Source of the DNA: Octopus sinensis
Taxonomy: Eukaryota
DNA: 64,000 nucleotides
Assembly (NCBI RefSeq): GCF_006345805.1
Contig: NC_043015.1
Location: 1,488,001 to 1,552,000 of the forward strand
Direction: 5' to 3'
Shown here: positions 23,779-37,580 of the stretch, piece after piece
Layout of the letters: the number at the start of each line of letters is the position of its first letter
Numbering within the stretch: the stretch's first letter is position 1
Position numbers and translations under genes: made by a program
The notes under the pieces: generated by a model
Databases searched by the model: none
What the model saw: the letters and a program-made list of their open reading frames with translations, nothing else
What the model was told of the DNA's origin: nothing

Positions 23779-24345
23779 AGGCGGCGGGATGGCAGAACTG
23801 TTAGCACGCTGGGCGAAATGCCTAGCGATATTTCATCTGCCACTACACTCTGAGTTCAATTCCGGCAGGGTCAACATTGCCTTTTATTCTTTCGGGGCTT
23901 TATAAATTAAGTACCAGTTGCGTAATAGGGTCGATCTAATCGACTGGCATATCCTCCAAAAATTTCAGGCCTTGTGTCTTTAGTGGAAAGGATTATTATT
24001 ATTATTAATCGTAATTGAAGGCGGCGAGCTGGTAAAATTATTAGCTCGCCGAGCAAAATGATTTTCGACATTTCGTCGGTCTTCTAGTTCTTAGTTCAAA
24101 TTCCGCCTTCCATCCTTTTGGGCTTGATAAAATAAGCACCAGTTGAGCCCTGCGATCGATGTAGTGACTAGTTCCCGGACCGAAAATTTCAAGCCTTGTG
24201 CCTATAATAGAAAGGATTGTTATTATTATTGTTATTGTTGTTTTTATTGCTATTATTGTTGAAAGCAGCGAGCGGATAGAATCGGTAGCGCCATTTCTTC
24301 GGTCTTTACGTTCTAAGTTCAAATTTTGAGTTCGACTTTGCAAAA
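23779..24345 (+). mobile_element. Three head-to-tail SINE family A copies
   Basis: Heads at ~23779, ~24018 and ~24263; the first two end in the AAAATTTCA.GCCTTGTG...GAAAGGATT(ATT)n tail and the next copy begins within that (ATT)n tract. Confidence 0.8.
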
Positions 24346-24781
24346 GGAAAACATCCATGGAGTTTCAAGTTCGGAATGTTCCCGAAAACTCTCTAGAAAT
24401 CCCAGATTGAAATTTTTTATATATATTTCGGATAGAGCGAGCAAGTATCTGTAGTCGTAGAGGTAAAAATTAAAAACTAAGCAAAAATGTTATATTTCCG
24501 AGAGCAAGTGCAAGCTGTCTCAAATAATTCAACGCAGACGATGGAATGCACTTGAACTCGGCGTTACACGTGCGTGTTGCTCCTATTACCCAAACTGCTG
24601 CATTCATAAAATTGGCTATAGTTTGTACTCACCACCATAACATGAAACCTGTATTATAGGTTTGTTAGTGTTAATGTTATTAAGCAATGAATTGGTATTT
24701 TGGTAAAGGATGCAAAAGCATCCCTAACCTATTGAAACCCTGTGACAAGATCTTTCTCCATTTGCTTTATGCACCGATATA

Positions 24782-25327
24782 TTGGGGTGTCCGGAAAGTT
24801 CATGCCGATTTATAGTGGCTTACATTTCGACTTATATTAGAACATAGTTGAGTCTATAAAATAGGATTTGACTACATCTCCATTTAGAAAGTGGAAGAAA
24901 GTTTATGTTCCTATAACCTGTGTTAATTCTGTAACCCTTTAAAATGGAAGATAAGAAAGTTCTTTTTCGGCACTTGATGCTTTGGGAACCAGAAAAAGTT
25001 GCTGCAGCTCGGTTGGGATGTGTTCCCCACCCTCCATATTCACCAGATATTGCTCCTTCAGATTTCCACTTTTTCACGTCTCTGCAGAATAGCCTTAATG
25101 GTAACAAATTTCAATTCCTTCGATGACATAAAAAAGATACATTGATGAATTATTTGCCATGAAACCCACTCAATTCTGGGGAGAGGTTATTTTCAAGTTA
25201 AAGGAAAGATGTAGACGCATTGTGCAACAAAATGTTTCATGTTTGGTTAATTAAAAATGTAATGGCAAGTATTTATCGATCTTTTTCTTACCTTTAAAAA
25301 TCGGCACAACATTTTCGGACAACCCAG
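24782..25327 (+). mobile_element. Mariner deletion derivative (546 bp)
   Basis: TA|TTGGGGTGTCCGGAAAGTTCATGCCGATTT ... AAATCGGCACAACATTTTCGGACAACCCAG|TA; MEDKKVLFRHLMLWE joined to the HPPYSPDIAPSDFH catalytic C-terminus. Confidence 0.9.
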
Positions 25328-27179
25328 TACATTTGGACATTTAAGAACGTTTGATGTGTGTCACACTATATTGTCGGCTTAGATGATATGTTTAGCGAAC
25401 GTTACCCCAGTTTTGGTTAGACGGTTATACGAACTACAAATTCGTGATTTTAGTTTTAAACAGAGAAAAGAATTGATAAGTATTTATTTAGAAAATTTCC
25501 TTTCATGTACCAAATTAATTTAAAAACAAAAAAATTAATCAGCAAAATATTTAAGCGGGAACGGTGAGTTCTGTCTTTAATAAGTAGTACATGTGGCTAA
25601 AGAGAAAATATTAGAGATTCGTTAATGAGCTTTAGTAAAGAGATTGTTGTAATAAAATATATAGTAAAGGAAAATTAGAAGTTGCATATCGAACAATGAC
25701 GCGAATTCTAACAATTCTTCGACGTTCCCCCCTCATACAAGCTATGTATTCAAATGTAGTGCTCTCGTAGCATATGTGCTGTCCACCAATCGAACGATGA
25801 CTCTGAATATTCTTTGCAGAAAAGGCATTTTCGTTTAACCTTCAGCGACAGTTATCCTGCTGATGGATGTAGTGTTTTGTGTTGGCATTTCAAATAGAAT
25901 GAAGTGTGTTTGCTGCCATGTCTAGCGTAAGGAGACCATAACTAGTAAACGTCCGTAGACATACATCAATATAAGCAGAATAAGAACTTAGTGACCATCT
26001 AAGTATAGATATATGCATATATATTCAAAAATACATTTATACTCACAGAAACATACGCAAAATTCAAAAATCAAATGTCCTCCCCGAGCCATTGACACTT
26101 GGGGTTGGCTTTCCAGACTGTGTTGCGTAAACATTTTATCTATTAACGGAGTACCGGTCCGTCGCAGAATTACTCATTAGCTGATCGTCGCATAATTACT
26201 CATTAGCTGATCGAAATTTAGGCCTTATCTAAACTAGAAATCGAAACCATAATCACACGATCATAAAGGCAACAACCTTGCCAAACGGCTACATACAGGC
26301 ATACATATACAAGTCACGTACACATACACACTCATACAGACACACAAACACACACACATGCACACATATCCATAGATATATATATGTGCAAATATAGATA
26401 GATGCGCATATATACATACATCTATGTGTTTGTATGTGTGTGTGTACACAAGAGTATTTATGAACGGATACATACATATGTAAGTATATGTGCATGTTTC
26501 CTTGCATGTATGTAGACGGGACGGGTGTGTAGGAAACTTAGGCTTTTGATGTTGGGAAGAAAAGCGAGGAGATGGAAAAGACATGGGAAAGAATTTTGAA
26601 TAGTCTAATGCGATCGGCGGAGACCGAATATGTGTGTGCTTAGGCGTGTGCATGAGACTGTGTGACTGGATATGCGCGTGTGTGTGTGTGTGTGTGACGC
26701 GAGAGAAAAATGAATGTTTAATTGAAAGAACTTACGAACGAATAAATTTATGAATAGCTTATTGGATATCAGGCTGATTATCTGGATAGGTTGTTGGATA
26801 CGTGAAGATATCACACGTCTCTATAAATGGACAAACTAAGAATTTATTATTCTTAGAATTCTAATTATCAAATAAGAAATTTTTTTTTTTAAATAATCGC
26901 AAATAAATAATCCATCAACAGTAACTTGACGTTTTTAAGATAGATATATTTTGTATATTTTGTTTAAATAAATTGCAAGAATTCTCTGGATAAGACATAG
27001 CTTTCATTCATTGGCAACCATTCTGTTCTTGATGAATGATATGGTGTTCAAGTGATTTAAGATGGACAGTAATATTACAAGGCTGTTGGACAAGATATTC
27101 ATTGAAAATTGCACATAACAGGAACTGTGTTAGTTATTGTTCTTATAATTATTGATGATGATATTTACGATCAAGATGA

Positions 27180-28200
27180 TTACAATGATGAAAATAATAT
27201 CGAATATCAGCATATCGTTTGTTTTTGTTATCGTTTGGGTGTTATATTTGTTGCTGGTTTCGTTCACATCTGGGAGGTAAGCGGTCCGACGGTCTGTTCT
27301 ATGTTTTGTTTTGGTTTTGCATTTTTAATGAATTAACAATACTATACAGGTATGTGTGCAGTATGCAGTATCTAATAGTGATATTTTCTGCCTTTTCTGT
27401 AAATTTGTTTTAATGGTCTTATTTATATACCAGTGTACCTCTTATTATAGTCATTGTCTCCATTTTCAGTCCTCTATATTCTGTTCTTCTCTCTTTTCAG
27501 ACTTAAGAAAATTTATCCATTCTCTTGAAATATAAATTATCATTTGATGGTCTTGATAGTTCGATAAGGAATAACTTTCTTTTGGTTGTGTCCTTTGTAA
27601 GATCTTCTGGTCGTTTACTCTCAAGCTTCCAGTCTGTATGGACATGAATACCCCACTTTACGTTTGCTTTGTATTTCATTGAAACATTTTCTGTTGCATT
27701 TTCTAAAGTCACTTTTCCGTTATTTCTTTAAAATTTTACCTTACTTTCTTGCTTGCGAAAACCAAGGACAGCAGTTTTGTTCCAATATATCTGTCTGTAA
27801 CACTTGTGTTTCTTCTTTTGCGTGTATTGTGTAAACTCTACTTTGGATCGTGCATACTTCCAGTACATACCTACATTCTCGCTTCATCTACACTCTCAAA
27901 TAATACACAGGCGATCTGTACACCAGAAGAAAATGCGTAACCCTTGCACAACGCAATCAGTATTTCCACCTATACCGGTTTCGTGATCATTTACAAACCG
28001 TCGACAGTTCCAGAAAAAAAAAATTGAAGCTTACCATTTTCCAACTTGCTCAGCTGATAGAAAATTTCTTTTGCAAAGGCATACTTCCTTTTAATTGTTG
28101 TTCCTATAATCGGTATTAAACTTTATGGAGTGAGTAAAACTACGATCAAACCAGTCCAGAAATGACCAACAAAGTTTGTTTCGAAGAATTGTGTGCTAAA
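27180..28200 (-). mobile_element. Decayed R4/Dong-type non-LTR retrotransposon, 3' region (restriction-like endonuclease)
   Basis: ORF 27503-27712 reads WGIHVHTDWKLESKRPEDLTKDTTKRKLFLIELSRPSNDN, matching the RLE pattern W...+.TD......RPD+...D.....LI+++.P.D.N. Boundaries approximate. Confidence 0.65.
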
Positions 28201-28283
28201 ATTATCATCACTTCAAATATCCATTTCATAAAAGATTCGAGAGCAATTTAAGTGAAATGAAGCTGTTGTTTGTAATTGGCGAT

Positions 28284-28394
28284 GGCTATTCTAGACACGG
28301 GTTAACACCAGCCAAAAACAAACTCGCGTATTTTTTTTGGTTGTTGTTTGTTTTTGGCTGGTTTTTGGCTAGGGTTAACCCGTGGCTAGTGGCC
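28284..28394. repeat. Small palindromic element (putative MITE)
   Basis: CTAGACACGGGTTAACACCAGCCAAAAACA (28291-28320) is inverted relative to TGTTTTTGGCTGG...GGGTTAACCCGTGGCTAG (ends 28389). Confidence 0.7.
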
Positions 28395-29518
28395 TTGTGC
28401 GTAGAGTAGAATAGAAAAGAATACTACATGATTGTAATTAAAGATTTTAATACAGGCACAGGGCAAATAATTTTGAGTGTTAGAAAAAGTTGATTAAGCT
28501 GATGTAAGTTCTCGACTGTTACTTTCCTTTGCAAACCCAAGAAGGATAAACAGCAACCATGATCAGGGACATATTTTAATGTAGTGCCTAAACGGTTGTA
28601 ATTACATTCCGAAACGAAATTTGGCCCGATACCTGCCCGAAATTTGACCCGACTTTAATAGTGGATGTTTAACGTAGGTAGAAGACCATAACCTTTAGAT
28701 GAAGTGGTGGTGGTGGGGGAGATATCAGTTAATTATATTGATCCCAGTAGTTGGCTGATTATTTATTGTGTGGCCCCTGAAAAATGAAGGCGCAAGTTAT
28801 CATCGGCGACATGCGAACGCAGAATCTAAAGCGTGTTAAGTAAATCTTGAAACGCAATTTATACAGTACTGTGTGAGCCATTCTGGTAGTCCTTGGCCCT
28901 TAATTGAAAGCAACAATAATAATAATAATAATAATACTAAAAAAAAGAAGAATGAGAAGACAAAAGAAAGAAAGAAAGAAGGGAAGAAATGAAGAAAGAA
29001 AGAAATGAAGATGAAGAAAGAAAGGAAGAACAACATAAACGGCAATAGTAATATTAAATTTTCATTAAAAGAAACTAAACAAGATATTTGGGAAAAAATC
29101 TCAATTTAATAAATATCAAAGAACCATTTTTAGAAATAATATCCGTAATCCTTCCATTCTCATCCCCCCACCCATACTTCCAATATGAAGTACTGCTATT
29201 GGTTAAAACAGTTTAATAATACAAATCGTCATAACTTTTTTTTCTTCTTCTTTGCTAAATATAGCTTGGAATTTTTTTGGCTTCAAAACTGCACTCGACT
29301 ACCTCATTTTTTATCTGTTTTTTTTCTGTTTTTTTTTACGAATTTTCACTTTTTTTTTATACCCATAGCCTTCACTTTCTTTCTTGTTCAATCAGTCTTA
29401 CTCTTGGCATTTTTGTCTACATATTTTTCTCGATTTTCCTTTCATTCTCTTTCTCTCTCTTTCTCGCTCTCTCTCACATGTATCTTCCCATCTTTATTAT
29501 CTCTCTCTCTCTCCCTCC

Positions 29519-29566
<48 letters not shown>

Positions 29567-29900
29567 CTCCATAGGTGCCCTACCATCTTGCACTCACTCA
29601 CTCACTCGAAAATATCTATTAATCATATTAATACTATTATTAGCACAAAATAAAGAGCTGCGATGGACAGACCCGGTGGAGGATTGGAATGAACTATCTG
29701 AGGCGTTCAGTTGCAATCTATCAGATTGTCAGTTCAAATCCCGTTGATTTAAACTTTCATTTTCTTTTTTTACTAGTTGAACATATCCAAAAGTCGCCAA
29801 ATCCATCTACTGAACCTATTACATTACATGTAGTAACTAGTTGGACCTTATATTATATATATATTATTCAAGTCAGTCCATTGCTAATAGTAATTACTCC

Positions 29901-30497
29901 AAGGCAACGAGCTGACAGAAACGTGAACACACCGGGCGAAATGCGTAGCCGTATTTCGTATGATGTTACATTCTGAGTTCAAATTCCGCCGAGGTCAACT
30001 TTGCCTTTCAATCCTTTCGAGGTCGATAAATTAAGTACCACTTACGCACTGGAGTCGATATAATCCACTCAATCCGTTTGTCTGTCCTTGTTTGTCCCCT
30101 CTGTGTTCAGCCCCTTGTCGATAGTAAAGAAGTAGGTATTTCGTCTGCCGTTACGTTCTGAGTTCAAATTCCGCCCAGGTCGACTTGGCCTTTCAATCCT
30201 TTCAGAGTCGATAAATTAAGTACCACTTACGCACTGGGGTCGGTATTATCGACTTAATCTGTTTGTCTGTCCTTGTTTGTCCCCTCTGTGTTTAGCCCCT
30301 TTTGGGTAGTAAAGAAATAGGTATGTCGTCTGTCTTTATGTTCTGAGTTCATATTCCGCTGAGGATGATTTTGCCTTTCATCTTTTCGGGGTCGTCGATA
30401 AATTAAGTACCAGTTGTGTACTGGGGTCAATCTAATCGACTAGCCCTCTCCCTGGAAATTTCAGGCTTTGTGCTTTGAGTAGAAGAGAATAATAATT
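29901..30497 (+). mobile_element. SINE family A trimer (head, three bodies at 185-bp period, terminal tail)
   Basis: Unit starts GTAT(T/G)TCGT at 29951, 30136 and 30321; ends in the CCCTGGAAATTTCAGGCTTTGTGC tail. Confidence 0.9.
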
Positions 30498-30703
30498 ACT
30501 CCTGTATATGTAGAGGGTCTCCAATCGATTTAAATTAAAATTTGTCTGGAGGTCCTGTCAACCTGCAAGTGAAACGTGTAAGATACTAAGCTCAGCTTCA
30601 ATAAAATATATTACTTTTTATTACTCTGAGACTTATTACTCATATATACAGCGAAAAACTCATTTGTATGCGTAAATAAGTGAGTGTGTGTGTGTGTGTG
30701 TGT

Positions 30704-30752
<49 letters not shown>

Positions 30753-31200
30753 TTTATAACTTGCAGGGGAATATGGCTGTGTTGGACATGACTGAGAATG
30801 GAACTTTTAAGATAATCGGCTAAGCAGCCTCTACTATTATCGTGGAACAATACACAACCTCTGCAAGAGCAAGCACAAGAATCAGGACAAGAACTTCAAC
30901 AACGAGGGCTACAATCACCATAACTCTTACTAAAATCACAACCACCACAACCACCAACACAGTTACCATTACAAACCTCACCAGTACATCTACAATGATT
31001 ATTACTGAAAGCAGCACTATAATATCCACTAACACTCCCGCTACAATCACCACTAAAGCACCACCTCTTTAATTACCGCTACTACGACTATTCATGCTAC
31101 AACTACTGCTGTTGCTACAGTACCCTCTGCGATAACTCCTACAAGAAACACCATGAATGGAAGTACCTCTCGTATATGTTACCCCAACAAGTATCTTACT

Positions 31201-32447
31201 ATCAGGCTGTGTAAAAATTAAGCAAAGTTTTCAAACATGAAATTCATCACTATATATTTCAACAATGTGGAAATTTTATTCGTCAAATTAAGTATCATTC
31301 AAATAAACATTTTTTCACCAACGAGTTACAAGTTTTTTTATTCCAGTAACAGAAACATCTCTAGGTCTGGAACTGATGAACTCTTTGAATGCACTTTCGG
31401 TATCGGTTTGATTTTTGAACCCCATCCCTCCCAGGAGAACATCAAGGGGCTTGAAAAAGTGGTAGTCGATAGGAGAAAGGTCTGGACAATAAGCTGGGTG
31501 GGGGAGAAATTCGGAGCCAAGCTCCCTCAACGTCCGCAACGTCATTAGTGAAACGTGTGGTCGAGTATTGTCATGAAGAATGATTGGTCCTCTTCTGTTT
31601 ATCAATCTGGGACGGAGGGAGAGCAGTTTTACGTTCATTTTGGCAATTTCATGGCATTATGGTTTTGCATTAATGGTTTTTCGGAGTCTTAAGGAGTTAT
31701 AGTGGATGAGTTCAGCAGAATACCACCAAACAGTCACCATAACCTTCTTTTTGAAGAGCTCGGGTTTAGGGAACATTTTCGTTGCTTCATTTTGGTCCAA
31801 ACACTGCGAAGAACGTTCTTTTATTATTGTGCAGAATCCATTTTTCGTCACAAGTTACAATACGGTCGAGAAATTGATCGTTCTGGTTACGGAGAGGGAG
31901 CTATGAGCAAATTTAATATCTGGCTATTTTCTGTTTTTCATTCAAATCGTATGGTACCCATTTGTCGAGCTGTTTTGATTTTCCGATCGCGTGCAAAAAG
32001 GTTGCTAGCAGTTTTCTGGCTAACTTGAATTTCTTTTGCCAGTTTTCGAGTGGTTTTACGTGGATCTTTCTCAATGATGATCTTTAATTGACTATCATCG
32101 ATGACAGATGAGCGTCCACAGCGCTCACGAACTTCAAGACTCGGGTCTCCAATACGAAATGGTTTAAATCATTTTGGAGCCGACTACTCACTGGTCATTT
32201 CCACACCAAACGTATCGTTGATATCGTTTCATCTGCTTTACGTCCTTTTTTGTTTTTCATGTGAATAGCAAAATTGCTCGAATATCGTACTTTGTTCCAT
32301 TTCAGATGATTGTTAAAAATATCAATGTTAATTTATTGGTTCATTTGGGCATGTTTATGTCTGTATTATCAGACAATTGCAAAATAAAATGCTTTTAAAA
32401 ATTTCAAAACTTCACAAAAATCCGGAACAAATGTTTCATAATTCAAA
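31201..32447 (-). mobile_element. Near full-length decayed mariner (DD34D) transposon
   Basis: ~1.25 kb element containing the transposase pseudogene below; termini degenerate. Confidence 0.85.
31276..32300 (-). pseudogene. Mariner transposase pseudogene (frameshifts and stops)
   Basis: Motifs KWVPYDL (WVPHEL), FLDRIVTCDEKWI, LHDNTRPH and HPAYCPDLSPIDY; 34 residues between the second and third Asp (DD34D). Confidence 0.9.
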
Positions 32448-35064
32448 ACATTGCTTCCTTTTTACTCAACCGATACAACAATCATTACACGCGCCGGCAT
32501 TATGACCACAAACACTATTACCAGCATCATAAAAAACCACTTCTACTACAACACCACTACCTCTAACACCACCACCACCACCACCAAAACAACAACCAGT
32601 AACGCTAAAAGTTATCATTACTACATCCAAAATCATCATAATCACTTTTATAAACCACCACTGACACCATAACCGCTACAAATAGCCCCACTACCACCGC
32701 CACTACAACTTCGGCCACGAAATCCACAAGCATGACAAATACCAGCACTAGACTGACCGCAACAACTATTACAATATCAGCACCATCCATACTAACACCA
32801 ACACCACTACAGATCCACCACTGTACAGAACACGCCTGCTACCACAACCGCTGCGAATACTACAACTATAATATAACCGTAACCGCTCCTATCCAGTACT
32901 ACTACTACCACCACCAATACCACCACCAACACCAACACCACCACTACTACTATTACTACTACTACTACTACTACTACTACAACTACTGCTACTATTTCCA
33001 CTACCACCACTATCATGAAAATATCACCACCACCACTACAACCATTCCTCGTACAACTATGAACACTAAAACCACCACCACCACCACCACCACCACCATT
33101 ACCACCTCAGCAAAATATACCAAAGCTATTGAAACCACCATCAGGAATACTAACGCTGAAACAACCTGAAACAACGCGCCATTCCTCCCCTGCGCCGTCG
33201 TCACCATACCACTTCCGGTAAAGAACTAACTGTAAAATGTCGTCATACATCAGAAACCTTTACATGGATGTTTGATGGATTGGAACAATATTGATGGTGG
33301 CAGGTTATCAATAGGTACACAACGCAGGAGTGTGTGTCTGCGCGCGTGTGTGTGTGTTTGTGTACTGACGCCTGTTTCTGTGTATGTGTAGGTACGTGTT
33401 TGTATGTGTGCATTTTTCTGTTTTGTATCTCCGCGTCTCTGTGTCGCTGTCTTTATTTTTACAAAATATTTTGCGTGTGCCTTTCTGCGTATATTCCCCT
33501 GTATGTGTGAAGGTGTATTTGTGTCTATATGTTAATAGTTACAAGTAATTATAAGCGCGTATGTATGTGTCTATTTATCTGTGTATTACTGGGAATGTTT
33601 GTACATGAATATATGTTTGTGTTAATGTGTGTCCGTGTCCGTGTATGTATTTATGTATCTGTCAGTGTTTATATACACTCGTGCGTATGCGGTTTATTGT
33701 CGCTGTATGTAACTATAGACAATTGTGTGTGTGTGTGACTTTCTGCTGCCATGTAAACGTAAGTGGGAATATAAATGTTTTTGCTGTTTCCGTATATGTA
33801 TATATATTTAAACTGCGTATATACGTACATGCGTATATGTACATATACATGTATATGTATATATCAAAATGCGTATACCTCAGTGAGTGTGTAATGGACA
33901 ACGTGCGCTATATATATGCCATGTGTGTATAATTGTAGCTATGCGTCTGAATGTATGTTTGACTGTATGTGTCTATATGTATGTTTGTATTTGCGTTTGT
34001 ATTACTATATGTATATGTTAATGCATAAATATGTGCGATCCTGCGAATATATTTTTCTATAATAATGTATGATGTTTATGTGTTTGTACTGAGCGCAAAT
34101 ACTCAATCATAACAAAGTGGCCAAAATGCTCGCTCCGCAAACATGAGGCCTTGTTTTTGATACTTTTGCGTCGTAAAGTCATCAGGAAGTGTCTCTCTAC
34201 ATACCTTTTGTCGATATGATACTTGTGACTAGTGTCAAATAGAGAGTAACCGTTTTAAAGTCAGTCGGGTGGGTTGTAACTCTAAGTCAAAAGTACATCC
34301 TTCACAAACGCTGTTTCACACTTATTATATTAACAATCCACATGTCTATAATTAGCTCCGTACACATTAAAACAATGGTTGCTTCGTTCAGATGATTTAA
34401 TAAGTAAATACGTATTATTGAAACCAACGGGGTTCCACTAAGTTTGCACAAATCTGACGAGTAATCAATCCTTACACATTAATTTGAACGTCAATTTAAC
34501 GATTGTGGATTTCTGAATGTCCATCGGTAAAACTGACCTGAGTGGATTTGCGAATTTCGATACCTACATAAATGTGTTTACGTCATGATCTGTGTACATC
34601 TCTGCAGGTTTGCTCTTTGGTGTGTATATTTGAATATACTGTAAATATTTGTAATTATCTGATTGCGAGTGAATGTCAATATGTATGATGATGAATATAT
34701 TTCTGTATATGCAATGTGTTTTTGTGCTGAGTGTAGATTTGGAGGTGTATATCTAGCTATTTGTATGATGAATTGTGAATATATATGATCGCATAAACGA
34801 GTGTTGATACGTGATTCCAATTATGTATGTGCGATGGTCACACTATATATGTCTACATGAATGCATATGCGCCTGTGAATCTTTCTAATCTATGTATGAT
34901 TGCATGGATGTATATATGTATATAGGCATGCATGTATTTATGTATTTATGCATGTATGTATGTATATATTGAGCATATCTATGTGTGTGTATGTAAGTAT
35001 GTATGTATTTATATATGCATATATGTATTTATGCATGTATATATGAATGTATATATGCATGTGA

Positions 35065-35570
35065 GTGTCTGAGAGTGCTACTGGTAACATGGAACCCGGT
35101 ACAACCTGTTGCATGGTCGGGTTGTCGGAGACTAATCTGGTGAAAAGGGTTCCTAGACACCCAGCAGGACTAAAACCAAGACCTGTTAAAAGGCCGGATG
35201 AACCTAATGCAGGTTCAACGACTATCCAGAAGTAGCACGGGTACACAGAAATTCCGGGACGGTGTCCGGCGTGCTGGGACATCACTGGGGGCGAGGCACC
35301 CTTTAGCTCTTGCTGGAGCATTTCTCTAGAAGAAGGTTACTCTGGTATAAAACCAGGTATGCAAGGAATGGCATTGGACATTTTGGGGATCTTTTGCTTA
35401 TGCTTGAGATCATGGTGCTCCTATATCTCTGAGCATGCAACTCATATTGGCACCCAGACATCTTGTTCCAGCTTAGCTCTAGATGATGTCAAAAGAGTGG
35501 AGAGGGTCTATGAGGTGTCGAGCAAGCCTTTTTGGACCCAAACGGATGAAGAGGTAGAAACCATGTAGAA
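35065..35570 (+). mobile_element. GC-richer interspersed repeat, possibly the 5' region of an RTE-type LINE
   Basis: Abrupt non-microsatellite island containing GAAGAAGGTTACTCTGGTATAAAACC, reminiscent of RTE 5' UTRs; no diagnostic protein motif seen. Confidence 0.35.
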
Positions 35571-37160
35571 GCAACTAGCTATAGATGCAAAGATAATAGT
35601 GCATAAGTGCTCGGAAGGCGTTGATTAATGCCCTTGAGTACGTTTGTGTTTGTAGATATGTGGCTGTTGTGAAAATATTTATATGAGGAAGTGAGAGCTG
35701 ATACATGCGTGATGGAACGAAAACGAAAATATTCATAAAGTACTTCGGGTGGTAAAGGAAATATGATGGATGCTGGTATTGATGGCAATGCATATATATA
35801 TATATATATATACAGCAAAAGTACGTAGTGTTCATGTATCTGAAGGATCCACACACAAATCCCTTAATATAAAGCGTAAGCACTGACGGAACAAAATTTG
35901 TTCTTTTGGTCAAAAGAGTAGACAATAAGACGAGGTATACAGCAGACTTTGAGTGTATAAGCGTGTGTAAATGATTGTGTGTGTTGCAGAGGTATGTGCT
36001 GATGTGTGATGACAAGGTAACGAGTGTGTAGCTGTCAAACAGAGATTACAGGTGGGTGGGTAGACAAAGAAATATGGTTGACAATGTTGTAAAACAAAGC
36101 AGAAATATCGACTTGTGGCAGAATGCGTGTACGAGTTGAGTTTACATGAATAATTTTTCTGGTTATTGTTGGTATGTGTGTGAGGCCGTGTCTGCTTTTA
36201 TGAAAATGCCAGTGAGTGGGCACTTGTGTTTGCGTACCTGGACTGAAACTGGGTGCCGGTATGCGTATTTTCACGCGCTAATTTGTTAGGAAATTATTTG
36301 TGCTTATTTTTATGAGTGAGTGACAGCGGTTGAGTGCAGGTATATGTGTGTACTCATGACGGTCCATTTTTCATCTGTCCATTTTCATTAGCAGCCCATG
36401 CTTAAAACAGAGGACCAAGTTTGCAGTGGAACATAATAATTCTTAGTGCCTTTTCTAAGCACACAACTCCGATAATTCCTACGCTGTAAGGAATTTACGA
36501 ACGACAAAACTAAACAATTTTAGAAAGAGAAAAAGAAATTATAACGAATATAATTCCCAAGGATTTTTCTGTGCATTCGATGTTGTTTAATTCCTAAAAG
36601 AGACTGATAGCGAAATTGATGAAATCATTGTCGTAGTGATTAAATAATTGATGGATTTGTTGCGAACCTACGACATGCGAAGAATAAGACTTAAGTGCGA
36701 AAATAAGTATTCTTTTTCTACTTCCCCTGCATGAATACATGCACGTGTAAAAGTATGAATGTGTGTGTCTATTATTATTATTATTAATTAATAAATGATA
36801 AAGAAATCATCATCATCATAATCATCGTCGTCGTCGTCGTCGTTATTATTATTATTATTATTATCGTTGTTGTTGTTGTTATTATCATTATTATTATTAT
36901 TATTTAAAGCAGTTCTATTCGGATCCACGCAGCGTTGTAAGATTGTTGCAGACATCTAGCACGTCAGGCTCAGTGTATATGCATGTATGTACGTATGTAT
37001 ATATGTATGCGTGTATGTATAAATATATAGATATCATATATATATATATATCATATATATATATAAATGGCGGTGCCCCAGCATGGCCACAGCTCATTAG
37101 CTGAAACTGGAAAAATCAAAATCAAAATCAAATATATGTATATATATATATATTATATAT

Positions 37161-37259
<99 letters not shown>

Positions 37260-37397
37260 TATATATGTATATGTGTATATGTGCATGCTATTTGTGTGCT
37301 TATATATATATATATGTGTGTGTGTGTATATATATTATATATATGTATGTATGTATGTATATATGTATGCATTTATGTATGTATATATATTGTATCC

Positions 37398-37580
37398 TTT
37401 ATTACTTGTTTCTCCTAAGTTTGCACCAGTACAGGGACACAACCTTAGTCGGAGAAATCGACCCCAGAGCTATTTTAAAGTCTGGTGTTTATTATATCCG
37501 TCTCATTTTCCGAACTTGTGGGACGTAACAAATCGATAGCGGTTGCTAAGCGATGGTGGACAACAAAGAAAGCAAAGCAC
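37398..37580 (-). mobile_element. SINE family C 3' fragment, diverged
   Basis: GAAATCGACCCCAG...TTTTCCGAAC...GGGACGTAAC...GCGGTTG matches the family C tail in reverse; runs into (CA)n. Confidence 0.55.

Noticed and set aside
26520-26660. Purine-rich unique stretch reading MEKTWERILNSLMRSAETEY
   Set aside because: Short, with no recognisable homology or splice support.
29951-30497. Regularly spaced repeats as a CRISPR-like array
   Set aside because: Units are 185-bp whole repeats without unique spacers, in eukaryotic SINE context.
34454-34485. CTGACGA followed by a GTAA/TTAC stem as a hammerhead
   Set aside because: No GAAA after helix II and no helix I or III.
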